Below, one piece after another: positions 9,265-18,768 of a stretch of DNA of 64,000 nucleotides. Source of the stretch: Candidatus Kutchimonas denitrificans (lineage in GTDB: Bacteria; Gemmatimonadota; Gemmatimonadetes; Palauibacterales; KS3-K002); NCBI GenBank assembly GCA_011774835.1, contig JAACAK010000113.1, positions 5,029 to 69,028 of the forward strand. Direction: 5' to 3'. The notes below the pieces were generated by a model that was not told the DNA's origin, searched no databases, and was given only the letters and a program-made list of their open reading frames with translations. Every line of letters begins with the position of its first letter. Position 1 is the stretch's first letter. The translations under genes were made by a program, and so were the position numbers.

Positions 9265-11181
9265 ATGAGCTTCGGTCCGCACATCACCCGACGCGATTTC
9301 CTCAACGGCGTGCTGCTCAGCCTGGGAGGCATGCTGCTCGGATGTCGGACCTCCCCGCGGGTCTCGCTGGACAACGGTTCATTAGCCAGCTGGTCCGTCC
9401 CTCCCGATTGGTACGGCTACGGCGGAGTCGGAGACTACCGTTTCTCCCACGGCAACACCCCGGAGGCGGTGGAGACGGCGCATCGGCTGCGGGACGGCGG
9501 GTTCCCCGCTGACTTCACCCAAGTCGAGGTCATCGAGGAGTATGACCTGGTGATCGTGGGCGCCGGCATCGCCGGGCTGGGCGCGGCGCTGGAATACTCG
9601 AAGAAGCGGAAGCCCGGCCAGAGCTGTCTGATGCTGGACAACCACCCGATCTTCGGCGGCGAGGCGAAGGAGAACGAGTTCGACGTGGGTGGGGTGAGGC
9701 TGTTCGGGCCCCAGGGCTCGAACGGTTTCTTCGTTCCCGAGGCGGTGAGCGATCCGGACGGTGCCTCCGGCGATCCTCGGTATTATGCAGAGCTGGGTGT
9801 GCCGCGGGAGTTCCGGTACCGCGATTGGCCAAGCGAGGAAAAACCGCTCGGTTTCTCTCCCGACAACTACGAGTACATGGTCCGGGGCCTCGAAGGTTAC
9901 ACGAGCGTCGGCCACTTCTTCGGCAGCGGCGTGTCCGGAGAAGGGCAGTGGGCGGTCGACATGTGGGAGCGGCAGCTGGCGAACACGCCCCTCTCCGAGG
10001 CCACCCGCGAGACGTTGCTCCGCTGGCACGCGTCAGGCGCGACGCGTCGGTTCGGATCGGATGAGGAGGCGGCCCGTGCCCTCGACACGATGTCGTACGA
10101 GGAGTTCCTGGGTAGTGAGCTTCGACTGGGCGCGGAGGCGGCCCGCTACGCCGACCTCTTCCTGGCGTCCGCCTGCGGCCTGGGGAGCGATGCCGTCTCG
10201 GCCTACGCGGCCTATCGGCTCCCGATGCCGGGCCTCACCGAACCGGTGCCCCCGGACCTCAGAAGGGTGTCGTTCCCCGGCGGCAACTCGGGCTTCGTCC
10301 GCTATTTCGTGAAACGGCTGATCCCGGACGCCATCGCCGGGAGCGACAGCTTTGAGGAGATCATCACCGGCCGAATCGATTTCGGTGCCCTCGATCGGCG
10401 CCGGCAGCCGCTTCGCCTGCGTCTCCGCTCTACCGTCATCGGCGTCGAGCACGAGGGCCATCCCGCGTCCTCAGGCAGCGTGAAGGTCGTCTACGCGCGC
10501 GACGGCCGGCTCAGAGCGGTCCGGGCCCGGGCGGTGATCATGGCCACGGGCGGCTGGATGAACCGCTACGTGGTACGCGATCTGCCACCGGCCCATCGGG
10601 AGGCGTACATGCAGTTCATCCACGCGCCCTTCCTGGTGGCGAACGTCGCGCTCACCAACTGGCGCTTCCTTTACCGGCTTGGGATCACCGCCGCGATCTG
10701 GGATCGGGAGGAGGGCGATTTCGGGTACACTTGCAACCTCAGGAAGCCGATGCTGGTGGGCGACTACCGGCCTCCGCTGGACCCGGATCAGCCCACGGTC
10801 CTCTCGTTCTACACGCCCTTCCATCGTCCGGGACTGCCGCTGCGAACGCAGGCCACCCTGGGCCGCACCGAGCTCCTGCGCACCTCCTATCCGGAGTACG
10901 AAGGGCAGATCTACGGGCAGATGATGAAGCTGTTCGCCGCGTCCGGATTCGATCCCGGGCGGGACGTGGCCGGGCTCATCCTGAACCGCTGGGGACACGC
11001 GTACTCGGTCCCCTTCCCGGGCTTCTTCGGCGGCGCGTCGGGCCGGGCGCCGCGGGACGTCATCCGGACCCGCCACGGGCGGATCGCCTTCGCTCACTCG
11101 GAGCTGGACGGCCTCCAGCATTGGGGGCCGGCAGCGGACGAGGGACGCCGGGCGTTCAACCAGCTCGCGGACGCGATTTAG
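9265..11181 (+). CDS. Tat-exported FAD/NAD(P)-binding oxidoreductase (amine-oxidase / spermidine-dehydrogenase-like)
   Basis: Twin-arginine signal 'ITRRDFLNGVLLSLGG'. Rossmann dinucleotide motif 'YDLVIVGAGIAGLGAA'. Confidence 0.7.
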   Translation: MSFGPHITRRDFLNGVLLSLGGMLLGCRTSPRVSLDNGSLASWSVPPDWYGYGGVGDYRFSHGNTPEAVETAHRLRDGGFPADFTQVEVIEEYDLVIVGAGIAGLGAALEYSKKRKPGQSCLMLDNHPIFGGEAKENEFDVGGVRLFGPQGSNGFFVPEAVSDPDGASGDPRYYAELGVPREFRYRDWPSEEKPLGFSPDNYEYMVRGLEGYTSVGHFFGSGVSGEGQWAVDMWERQLANTPLSEATRETLLRWHASGATRRFGSDEEAARALDTMSYEEFLGSELRLGAEAARYADLFLASACGLGSDAVSAYAAYRLPMPGLTEPVPPDLRRVSFPGGNSGFVRYFVKRLIPDAIAGSDSFEEIITGRIDFGALDRRRQPLRLRLRSTVIGVEHEGHPASSGSVKVVYARDGRLRAVRARAVIMATGGWMNRYVVRDLPPAHREAYMQFIHAPFLVANVALTNWRFLYRLGITAAIWDREEGDFGYTCNLRKPMLVGDYRPPLDPDQPTVLSFYTPFHRPGLPLRTQATLGRTELLRTSYPEYEGQIYGQMMKLFAASGFDPGRDVAGLILNRWGHAYSVPFPGFFGGASGRAPRDVIRTRHGRIAFAHSELDGLQHWGPAADEGRRAFNQLADAI

Positions 11182-11273
11182 GACGGCGGACGCACCCCGC
11201 GTCGCTGGCCGGCGTACCCGGAGCGGTCGTGCTCGATCGGGGCTGTAGGTCTCTGACGCACCCCTGCACATAC

Positions 11274-11304
11274 GATGAGCGGCGGGCGATGCCCGCCGCT
11301 CATC
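11274..11304. terminator. Perfect 14-bp stem hairpin between convergent genes (putative bidirectional terminator)
   Basis: gatgagcggcgggc-gat-gcccgccgctcatc. It lies between the oxidoreductase stop (11181) and the TonB-receptor stop (11371). There is no U-tract. Confidence 0.5.
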
Positions 11305-11370
11305 AGGCCGTCTGGCATGGTTGGGGTTCACACCCCCGGGGCGCCAGCGCGGCCGAGGGCAAACCGCGAC

Positions 11371-14016
11371 TCAGTAATGGAAGCGGAGCGAGACCCCGAA
11401 CGTTCGCGGCTGGTTGGTCAGGTAACCCACGCGGGCGAGGGTTCCCCGCTCCCGGTCCAGCGCCAGGAAGGCTCGCTCGTCCGTCACGTTGTTCGCGAAG
11501 ATCGCCGCCTCCCAATTCCCGCGGAGCAAGCCGACGCGCAGGTTGACGAGGTTGTACGCCGGCAACAACGGATCGAAGGTAAACGTGGTCTCCGTCAGCG
11601 GCCCACCTAGGGTGTTCGGTTCGAACGCGGTCAAGTCCACGGTACCGATGCCCGGCCGGTGGTCGCCGATCTCCGTGAAGCGCGAGCCGATGTGGTGGTA
11701 GGTCCCGGTGACGAAAGCCCGGGTCCCCCGACTCACCGGCCACTGATACGTGGCGGCGGCGGTCACCTGGATCTCCGGCACGCTGGGCAGGCGGTTCCCC
11801 TCCTCGATGCCCGATACCACGTTCCCGGCCCCGTCTAAGAAGGTCGAGCGCAGTTCGGAGTCGTTGAAGGCGGCCGCGACGGAAAAGTCGAAGTTATCGG
11901 TGGGGTTGGCCGTGACCTCTAACTCCACGCCCTGGCTGCGTGCGCTCTCCACGTTCAAGACCTTCCGGGAGGAGCACGTTCCCGCGGTCACGGTCAACTG
12001 GAGGTCGCTGATGTCCATGTAGAACGCGGACACGTTGAGCGAGGCGCGGCCGCCCAGCAGCCTCGACTTGGCTCCCACCTCGTAGTTCCACGCCGTCTCG
12101 TCTTCCCAAGTTTCCAGCGGGCTGAAAATCTCCAGATCCTCGGGCGTGCACAGCGGAACGTTGAGGGGATCGTTGATCCCGCCCAACCGGAACCCCCGCG
12201 ACGCCTGGGCGTTGAGGGTGAGATCCTCCGTCGCCTGGTAGCTGGCGATGAAGCGCGGTGCCAGGCCGTCGGCGTCGGTGGAGCCGGGCTGCGACACCAG
12301 CGAGTCTCCGGTGCCGTCGTTGCCGAAGATTCCGTCGAAGATCTGGTCGCGGTTCTCGTCGAAGTTGTAGTAGCGCAGTCCGCCGGTGAGCCTGAGCTGC
12401 TCGACCGGGGTCACGGTCGCCTCGCCGAAGACGGCGAACTGCTCCAGGTCGTAGTTCAGGTCGGAGAAGAACAGCTCGTCCTCCTGGGCCTGGAGCCCCT
12501 CGGTAAAGCCAGGCGGGGCGCCAAGCTCCGGCGCTGCCATCTCGTCAAACCCGAAGACGATTAGGCTCTGGCCGTATTCGCGTTTGTTGTTGCTGTAGAA
12601 GCCGCCGACCAGCCACTGGAGCCACTCGTTGCTGCCCGACAGCCGCACCTCCTGGGTGAACACCTTGCTGATCGTGGCGTCGTCCAGCGGTGAGTCGAGC
12701 GTGTAGATCGGCTCCGAGAGGCCGAGAGAGCCGCCGGTTATGCTGGAGGTCAGGGCGCCGGCGTCGCGCACCACCAGGATGTCGCGGTAGGTGTAGGACG
12801 TGACCGAGGTCAGGCTCGCCGGTCCGAAGTTGTACTCCAGGTTCAGATCGGTGAGCAGGAAATCATCGGTGAAGGGCTCCCCGATCTGGGTGAAGAGCTC
12901 GCGTTCGCCCAGGTTCACCGCGGGCCGTGTAGTGGTGAACGGGTTGGCCAGGATGTTGTAGTCGTCGATGCGGTTCCAGCCGTCCATCTTCACCCTCTGA
13001 TAGACGACTCGCGGAGTGATCGAGAAGCGTTCGTTCGGGACGATCCGAAACGCGGCACGCACGCCGGTCCGGTCGCCGCCGTTGACGTTCTCGTTGACAT
13101 CCAGGTTGGGCTGCACCGCGTCCATATAGCCGCCGATCCGGCTGCTGTAGCCCGCCACCCGAAAGGCCGCCTTGTCGCCCAGTGGCACGTTGGCGCCGAT
13201 CTTCGCGCTGTTGCCCGGGTCCCCCCCGTCGATCCAGTTGGCGCCCACCTCCCCGAAGACGCTGTACACGCCGAGCTCGGGCTGGTTGGTGATGTAGCGG
13301 ACGGTGCCGGACAGCGAGCCGGAGCCGAACAGGGTACCCTGCGGGCCGCGCAGCACCTCCACGCGGGAGACGTCGAACAGGTCCAGGTCAGGTGTGTACA
13401 GGGAGAGCGAGATGGCCGCGTCGTCCAGATAGGCGCCCACCTGCTCTTTCACGCCCGGCTGGTCCCGGGCGATCTGGCCCGAGGAGGCCCCGCGCATGGC
13501 GACCTGGCTCTGGCCGGGGCCCAGGTTCTGCACGCTGAACCCGGCCACGTTGGCTGCAACGGCCTCGATGTCCTCAGCACCCCGCGCCCGCAGGACGTCC
13601 CCGGTCGGGGCGGCGATGGAGAAGGGGACGTCGGCCAGCTCCTGCTCGCGGAGCATGGCGGTGACGATGATCTCGTCGAGCACCACCGGCCCCAACTCGA
13701 AGTCTACCGTGACCGTCTCGCCAGCCGCGACCTGAACGTCCCTCTGCGTCCGTCGGATTCCGATCAACGACGCGGAGACGGTGTACACGCCCGGAGCCAG
13801 GTCGCTGAAGGTGTAAGTGCCGTCGGCGGACGTGGTCGTGGTTCTGGAAGCGTCGGTGGCCTGGTTGGTCACCTCGACGGTGGCTCCCAGCACTCCGGCA
13901 CCGTCGGGGTCGCGTACCGTACCGGTGATCCGGCCGGTTTGCGCGTACGCCGGGACGCCATGAAGGACGACGGCCAGGGCAGCAAAGGCCAATAGCCGGC
14001 TCACGGGGCTAACCAT
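11371..14016 (-). CDS. TonB-dependent receptor with N-terminal carboxypeptidase-regulatory-like domain
   Basis: Signal peptide 'RLLAFAALAVVLHGVPAYA'. 'GRITGTVRDPDGAGVLGATVEVTN...DGTYTFSDLAPGVYTV'. Plug and barrel motifs, with an aromatic C-terminus '...SLRFHY'. The ATG at 14016 is preceded by GGGAGGG. Confidence 0.9.
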   Translation of the reverse strand: MVSPVSRLLAFAALAVVLHGVPAYAQTGRITGTVRDPDGAGVLGATVEVTNQATDASRTTTTSADGTYTFSDLAPGVYTVSASLIGIRRTQRDVQVAAGETVTVDFELGPVVLDEIIVTAMLREQELADVPFSIAAPTGDVLRARGAEDIEAVAANVAGFSVQNLGPGQSQVAMRGASSGQIARDQPGVKEQVGAYLDDAAISLSLYTPDLDLFDVSRVEVLRGPQGTLFGSGSLSGTVRYITNQPELGVYSVFGEVGANWIDGGDPGNSAKIGANVPLGDKAAFRVAGYSSRIGGYMDAVQPNLDVNENVNGGDRTGVRAAFRIVPNERFSITPRVVYQRVKMDGWNRIDDYNILANPFTTTRPAVNLGERELFTQIGEPFTDDFLLTDLNLEYNFGPASLTSVTSYTYRDILVVRDAGALTSSITGGSLGLSEPIYTLDSPLDDATISKVFTQEVRLSGSNEWLQWLVGGFYSNNKREYGQSLIVFGFDEMAAPELGAPPGFTEGLQAQEDELFFSDLNYDLEQFAVFGEATVTPVEQLRLTGGLRYYNFDENRDQIFDGIFGNDGTGDSLVSQPGSTDADGLAPRFIASYQATEDLTLNAQASRGFRLGGINDPLNVPLCTPEDLEIFSPLETWEDETAWNYEVGAKSRLLGGRASLNVSAFYMDISDLQLTVTAGTCSSRKVLNVESARSQGVELEVTANPTDNFDFSVAAAFNDSELRSTFLDGAGNVVSGIEEGNRLPSVPEIQVTAAATYQWPVSRGTRAFVTGTYHHIGSRFTEIGDHRPGIGTVDLTAFEPNTLGGPLTETTFTFDPLLPAYNLVNLRVGLLRGNWEAAIFANNVTDERAFLALDRERGTLARVGYLTNQPRTFGVSLRFHY

Positions 14017-14104
14017 AAGTCCCTCCCGGTTGGAAGGTTGAGCTGTGGATCGAATGGTACTCAATATGGTTAATGAACAGACGTGTCAACCCCGCGGCAT
14101 GGTG

Positions 14105-14176
14105 CCGAGTAGGAGTACGATCACCAGTACGAGTAAGGGGCCTCGTACTCTTATTCTTTATCGTATTCGTACTCGG
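14105..14176. repeat. Repeat family 3, copy A: GAGTACGA/TCGTACTC-rich imperfect palindrome
   Basis: ccgagtaggagtacgatcaccagtacgag-taagggg-cctcgtactcttattctttatcgtattcgtactcgg. It shares motif vocabulary with 30275-30451 and overlaps the 3' end of the Nudix gene. Confidence 0.7.
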
Positions 14177-14735
14177 ACGCGGTCCGTAGCCAGAGCAGCC
14201 CGATGATCGTCTTCGCGTCAACTAGCTGGCCGGACAGAAAATTCTGCCACAGCTCATCGGGCGACCGCTCGATCACCTTGATGTCCTCCTCGCCCACCCC
14301 CATCCCCACCTCGCGCTCGGCCTCGCCCGACACCTCGCCGTAATAAAGGATCACGCGTTCCGAGGTGCCGCCCGGCGAGACGTAGAAGGTCGCGATCCGA
14401 TCGAGGCGCTCGACCTCGTAGCCGGTCTCCTCGCGAACCTCGCGGACCATCGTCTCGTCGGGCGGCTCGTCCTCGACGCTGCCGGCCACGATCTCGGCCA
14501 TCCAGCCGGGCCCCTTCTCGAGGGTCGGGTAGCGGAACTGCTCGACCAGGATCAGGTCGCCGGTCTCGCGGCGGCGCAGCAGGGCGGCCACCGAGTCGCC
14601 GCGCTCGAAGCTGAGCTGGCGGATCGGCTCGCTCCAGCTGCCGTCGTGCTTGCGATGTTGGAGCAGCGCCTCGTCGATCTTGAAGATGTCGTCGAACACG
14701 CGACGCTTCTCGACCACTCGCACGCGTTCCATCAC
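14151..14735 (-). CDS. Nudix hydrolase (ADP-ribose / nucleoside-diphosphate-sugar pyrophosphatase-like)
   Basis: Nudix box 'GSVEDEPPDETMVREVREETGY'. The overall layout resembles NudF/NudK. Confidence 0.85.
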   Translation of the reverse strand: MMERVRVVEKRRVFDDIFKIDEALLQHRKHDGSWSEPIRQLSFERGDSVAALLRRRETGDLILVEQFRYPTLEKGPGWMAEIVAGSVEDEPPDETMVREVREETGYEVERLDRIATFYVSPGGTSERVILYYGEVSGEAEREVGMGVGEEDIKVIERSPDELWQNFLSGQLVDAKTIIGLLWLRTASEYEYDKE

Positions 14736-14781
14736 GGGCTCCAGGGCGTTGGGATGGGTTTTAGGTAGAGGTCGGGTGCGG

Positions 14782-15090
14782 CTACGCCTTCAGGTAGTCG
14801 GGAAACTTGTCCCGGAATTCGGGGAAATAGCGGCTGATCACGCTCACGTCGAATTTGCCGAGGATCGACTCTTTGGGCTCGCGGTCGAGCAGGAAGCGGA
14901 AAGCGGCCTCGATGCACTCCTCGGGGCTGGTGTCGTTCCCGCCCAGCTTGTGGTAGTCGTCCGATCCCATCGTGACGCGGTGCTGCGACTCGCTGTCCTT
15001 CTCCTTGACGGTGACCTGGAATTCGAACGGGTCGTTCTGGCTCACGGTAGTGACGTCTATCACAGCTTTCTTCCTTTTGCGCTTGAGCAT
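14782..15090 (-). CDS. Conserved-looking hypothetical protein (~102 aa)
   Basis: G/C-rich third codon positions. AGGAG lies 12 nt upstream of the ATG at 15090 (MLKRKRKK). It sits 47 nt upstream of the Nudix gene on the same strand. No family recognised. Confidence 0.5.
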   Translation of the reverse strand: MLKRKRKKAVIDVTTVSQNDPFEFQVTVKEKDSESQHRVTMGSDDYHKLGGNDTSPEECIEAAFRFLLDREPKESILGKFDVSVISRYFPEFRDKFPDYLKA

Positions 15091-15298
15091 GGGTCCGTTC
15101 ACTCCTGAAAGTGTCGATCAAATCAGCATCGTCGATCCGTCGGGGTTTGTCAAATGGCGGCCGCTCGGGACCGACGTGGGCAACCGGGCGCGAGGCGACG
15201 TGGTTCCCGGGCTGTGTTTCGGCGAGGCCCGAACGGTTATAGTTTTTGGCTCCCCCCCGTGCGATGCGACGCGCTGTAAGAGAGAGGCCTCCTATTAG

Positions 15299-17374
15299 AT
15301 GAGCCAGGATCTCGAGCCCAAACAGTACGGAGTCCGTCCGCCGCCCGAGCTCAACCCGCGAACCGACCCTGTGCTCGACTTCCCCGACGCCGACTACGGC
15401 GAGCTCGAGCCCGAGGATTACCGGACCCTGGGGTTCATGTCGGGTCTCGAAGTCCATCAGCAGTTGCTCACGAGATCGAAGCTCTTCTGCCGTTGCCCGG
15501 CGGGCCGCTACGTGGACGAGTACGACGCCGAGGTGCTGCGCCACATGCGGCCGACGCTGAGCGAGCTGGGCGAGTACGACGGCACGGCGCTGATGGAGTT
15601 CAAGACGCGGAAGGAGATCGTCTACCAGCTGGAGCGGGGCTCGGTCTGCACCTACGAGATGGACGACACTCCGCCGTTCGAGATCGACGGAGAGGCGGTA
15701 CGGATCGCCATCGAGATCGCCGAACTCCTCGACCTCAACCTGGTCTCCGAGCTCCACGTGATGCGGAAGCAGTACCTGGACGGATCGATCCCGACCGGGT
15801 TCCAGCGAACCGCGATGGTCGGGCTGACCGGGACGATCCCGTTTCGGGTCCCGGAGCTGGGTGTGAACCGCGAGCTGCGCATCCGGCAGCTGTCGCTGGA
15901 GGAGGATGCTTGTCGGGAGATCGCCGACGTCGGGCACTACATCACGTTCCGCACCGATCGGCTGGGCATGCCGCTCACCGAGACGGTGACCGAGCCGGAT
16001 CTGGCGAACCCGCTCGAGGTGCAGGCCGCCGGTCGGCTGCTGGCCCGGGTGGTGCAGGCGACGGGGAAGGTGCGGCGCGGGCCGGGCGCGGCGCGGCAGG
16101 ACGTGAACGTGTCGGTGGCGGGCGGCCGGCGGATCGAGATCAAAGGGGTGGACAACCATCGTAACCTGCCGCGCCTGGTCCACGTCGAGGCGTACCGGCA
16201 GCTGAACCTGCTGCGGGTGCGGGCCGAATTGCAGAATCGAGGCGTCGATCCCGAGATGCTGACGGTTCCGGAGACCGGGCTGCCCTGGGAAGTCACCCCG
16301 CATGCCGTCGACGCGGCCTCGGCGGTCAGCCCGTGCGAGTACGCGCCGATCCGCGATGCGCTGGAACGCGAAGAGAAGGTGATCGGCGTGCGGCTGCCGG
16401 GATTCGGCGGCCTGCTGGGCCACCGGACCCAGCCGGGCGTGACCTTCGCCCGGGAGTTCGCCGATCGGATCCGCGTGATCGCTTGCCCGGTCCATCGGCC
16501 GTTCATCATCCATTCCGATTTGACCGACTACGGGCTCGACCCCCGACAGTGGCGGGCCCTGAGCAAACAGCTCCGGGTCGAGCAGGGCGACGTGATGGTG
16601 GTGGTCTGGATGCCGGAGTCCGACGCGGCCACCGCGGTGCGGGAGATCTTCATCCGGGCTCGGGAGGCGCTGGTCGGGATCCCGGCGGAAACGCGGCAGG
16701 CGTTCAGCGACGGGACCACGGGGTTCGAGCGGATCCTACCGGGCCCCGACCGCATGTACCCGGACACCGACACGCCGCCGGTGCGGATCCGCGACGAGCT
16801 GGTTCTCGAGGTCCGGGAGGGTCTGCCGGAGACGCCGTGGGCGCGTGAATCACGCTACGAGGCGCTGGGGCTCGACCCGGAGCCGGCGCGGCGTCTGGCT
16901 GCGGCACCCTGGGCGGAGCTGTTCGACGCCCTGGCGCCCGCGCCGGGTGCCCCGGCCCGCCGGTTCGCCGACGTGCTCGAGACACGGATCCCGCACCACC
17001 GCCGGAACGGCGCCATCGACTATCTGCCGTCGGCGCAACGTCTCGACCCGCTGGTCCGTGCGGTGGAGAGCGGCGCGATTCGCCCGGAGGCGATGGAGCG
17101 GGCCCTAGACGATCTGATCGACGCGCCCGATCGGTCGGTCGATAAAGTGCTGGCACCGTATCGCCCGGGGCCGGATGACGACGCCGAGCTCGAGCGTGCG
17201 GTCGCGGACGCCGCCGCTCGTGCCGAGGCGCTGGCGGGCAAGCCGGCGGAGGCGGTGTTGCGCTGGGCGATGGGCGAGGTGATGCCCCGATTTCTGGGCC
17301 GGGTCGATCCGTCCCGGGTGCGGCAACGCTTGATCGCAGCGCTGCAGCTGGCCGGAACGGAGGTGGCCGGATGA
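15299..17374 (+). CDS. gatE: Archaeal-type Glu-tRNA(Gln) amidotransferase subunit E
   Basis: 'YRTLGFMSGLEVHQQLLTRSKLFCRCP' matches the GatE N-terminus. GatB/YqeY-like tail 'LRWAMGEVMPRFLGRVDP'. About 690 aa. The stop overlaps the gatD start (ATGA at 17371-17374). Confidence 0.8.
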   Translation: MSQDLEPKQYGVRPPPELNPRTDPVLDFPDADYGELEPEDYRTLGFMSGLEVHQQLLTRSKLFCRCPAGRYVDEYDAEVLRHMRPTLSELGEYDGTALMEFKTRKEIVYQLERGSVCTYEMDDTPPFEIDGEAVRIAIEIAELLDLNLVSELHVMRKQYLDGSIPTGFQRTAMVGLTGTIPFRVPELGVNRELRIRQLSLEEDACREIADVGHYITFRTDRLGMPLTETVTEPDLANPLEVQAAGRLLARVVQATGKVRRGPGAARQDVNVSVAGGRRIEIKGVDNHRNLPRLVHVEAYRQLNLLRVRAELQNRGVDPEMLTVPETGLPWEVTPHAVDAASAVSPCEYAPIRDALEREEKVIGVRLPGFGGLLGHRTQPGVTFAREFADRIRVIACPVHRPFIIHSDLTDYGLDPRQWRALSKQLRVEQGDVMVVVWMPESDAATAVREIFIRAREALVGIPAETRQAFSDGTTGFERILPGPDRMYPDTDTPPVRIRDELVLEVREGLPETPWARESRYEALGLDPEPARRLAAAPWAELFDALAPAPGAPARRFADVLETRIPHHRRNGAIDYLPSAQRLDPLVRAVESGAIRPEAMERALDDLIDAPDRSVDKVLAPYRPGPDDDAELERAVADAAARAEALAGKPAEAVLRWAMGEVMPRFLGRVDPSRVRQRLIAALQLAGTEVAG

Positions 17375-18768
17375 CCGAGGCAACGCACGACCTGTACAAG
17401 GGCTACCGCGGTCCCTGCCTCGAGGTGATGAAGCGGTTCGGAATCACGGTCTGGTGCGAGGTGAGGGCGGAGACGACACGGGGCACGTTCGAGGGTCTGT
17501 TGTTGCCGCGCTCCGAGACCAGCGACGACCTCCATCTGGTTCTGAAACTGGGCAGCGGGTACAACATCGGAGTGCGGCATGACACGGTGCGCTCGCTGGA
17601 AAAGATCGGCTACCGGGAGGCCCACTATCAGATACCGGAGAAGGAGTTCCCCACCGATCCGGTGAAGCCCAGCGTGAAGCTCTTCGGCACCGGCGGCACC
17701 ATCGCCTCGCGCCTCGACTACCGGACCGGCGCGGTCATCCCGGCGTTCAGCCCGGGCGAGCTCTACGGGTCGGTCCCGGAGCTGGCGGAGATCTGCAACC
17801 TGGAGACCGAGAAGCTGTTCGGCGTCTTCTCGGAGAACATGGGCCCCGAGCAGTACCTGCGCCTGGCGGAAGAGGTGGGCGGAGCGATCCGCGAAGGGTA
17901 CGACGGGATCGTCATCGGGCACGGCACCGACACGATGCACCACACCGCCGCCGCGCTGAGCTTCATGGTGCAGCGGCCCCCCGTGCCCATCGTGATGGTG
18001 GGCAGCCAACGATCATCGGACCGGCCGTCGTCCGACGCGGCGCGGAACCTGATCAACGCCTGCTCGACCGCCGCCAGCGGACCCATCGCCGAGGTGATGG
18101 TCTGCATGTTCGGGCCGACCTCCGACCGGTACAACCTGCTGCACCGCGGGACCCGGGTCCGCAAGATGCACTCGTCGTACCGCAGCACCTTCCGCACGCT
18201 GGGCGACATACCGCTGGCGATGGTGCAGGACGGTGAGATCACGCCGCTGAAGCACGGCTATAGACCGCGCCGGGACGATCGCGAGGTCACCGTGCAGGCG
18301 GCCTTCGAGGAACGTGTAACCATAGCCTACTACTATCCCGGCATGCATCCGGATATGATCGACGCGCTGGTCGAGAAGGGGTACAAAGGGATCGTGATCG
18401 CGGGCACCGGGCTGGGCCACGTCAACCGCAGGATCTACCCGGCGCTGGAGCGGGCTCACGCCGCGGGCGTCCACATGTACATGACGCTCCAGACGCTGTG
18501 GGGCTTCGTGCAGATGCACGTGTACGAGACGGGGCGCGAGATCCTGCAGCTGGGCGTGGTACCGCTGGCCAACATGCTGCCCGAGGTCGCGTACATCAAA
18601 CTGGGTTGGGCGCTGGGCGTGCACCCCGACGAGCCCGACGCGGTCCGCGAGCTGATGACCGCGACGATCGCCGGCGAGATGACCGAGCGCGAGCCGCACG
18701 ACGGCTATCTGATATTTCAGGGCGGGGTTCCCGAGGTCCAGGAATTCCTCGAGAAGATCTGGCGATGA
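17371..18768 (+). CDS. gatD: Archaeal-type Glu-tRNA(Gln) amidotransferase subunit D (asparaginase-fold glutaminase)
   Basis: GatD-specific N-domain 'TFEGLLLPRSETSDDLHLVLKLGSGYNIGV'. Asparaginase catalytic motifs 'LFGTGGTIAS' and 'GHGTDTMHHTAAALSF'. Confidence 0.85.
   Translation: MTEATHDLYKGYRGPCLEVMKRFGITVWCEVRAETTRGTFEGLLLPRSETSDDLHLVLKLGSGYNIGVRHDTVRSLEKIGYREAHYQIPEKEFPTDPVKPSVKLFGTGGTIASRLDYRTGAVIPAFSPGELYGSVPELAEICNLETEKLFGVFSENMGPEQYLRLAEEVGGAIREGYDGIVIGHGTDTMHHTAAALSFMVQRPPVPIVMVGSQRSSDRPSSDAARNLINACSTAASGPIAEVMVCMFGPTSDRYNLLHRGTRVRKMHSSYRSTFRTLGDIPLAMVQDGEITPLKHGYRPRRDDREVTVQAAFEERVTIAYYYPGMHPDMIDALVEKGYKGIVIAGTGLGHVNRRIYPALERAHAAGVHMYMTLQTLWGFVQMHVYETGREILQLGVVPLANMLPEVAYIKLGWALGVHPDEPDAVRELMTATIAGEMTEREPHDGYLIFQGGVPEVQEFLEKIWR

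Noticed and set aside
14732-16513. 593-aa ORF antisense to gatE
   Set aside because: Shadow ORF. The gatE frame has specific GatE motifs and ATGA coupling to gatD.
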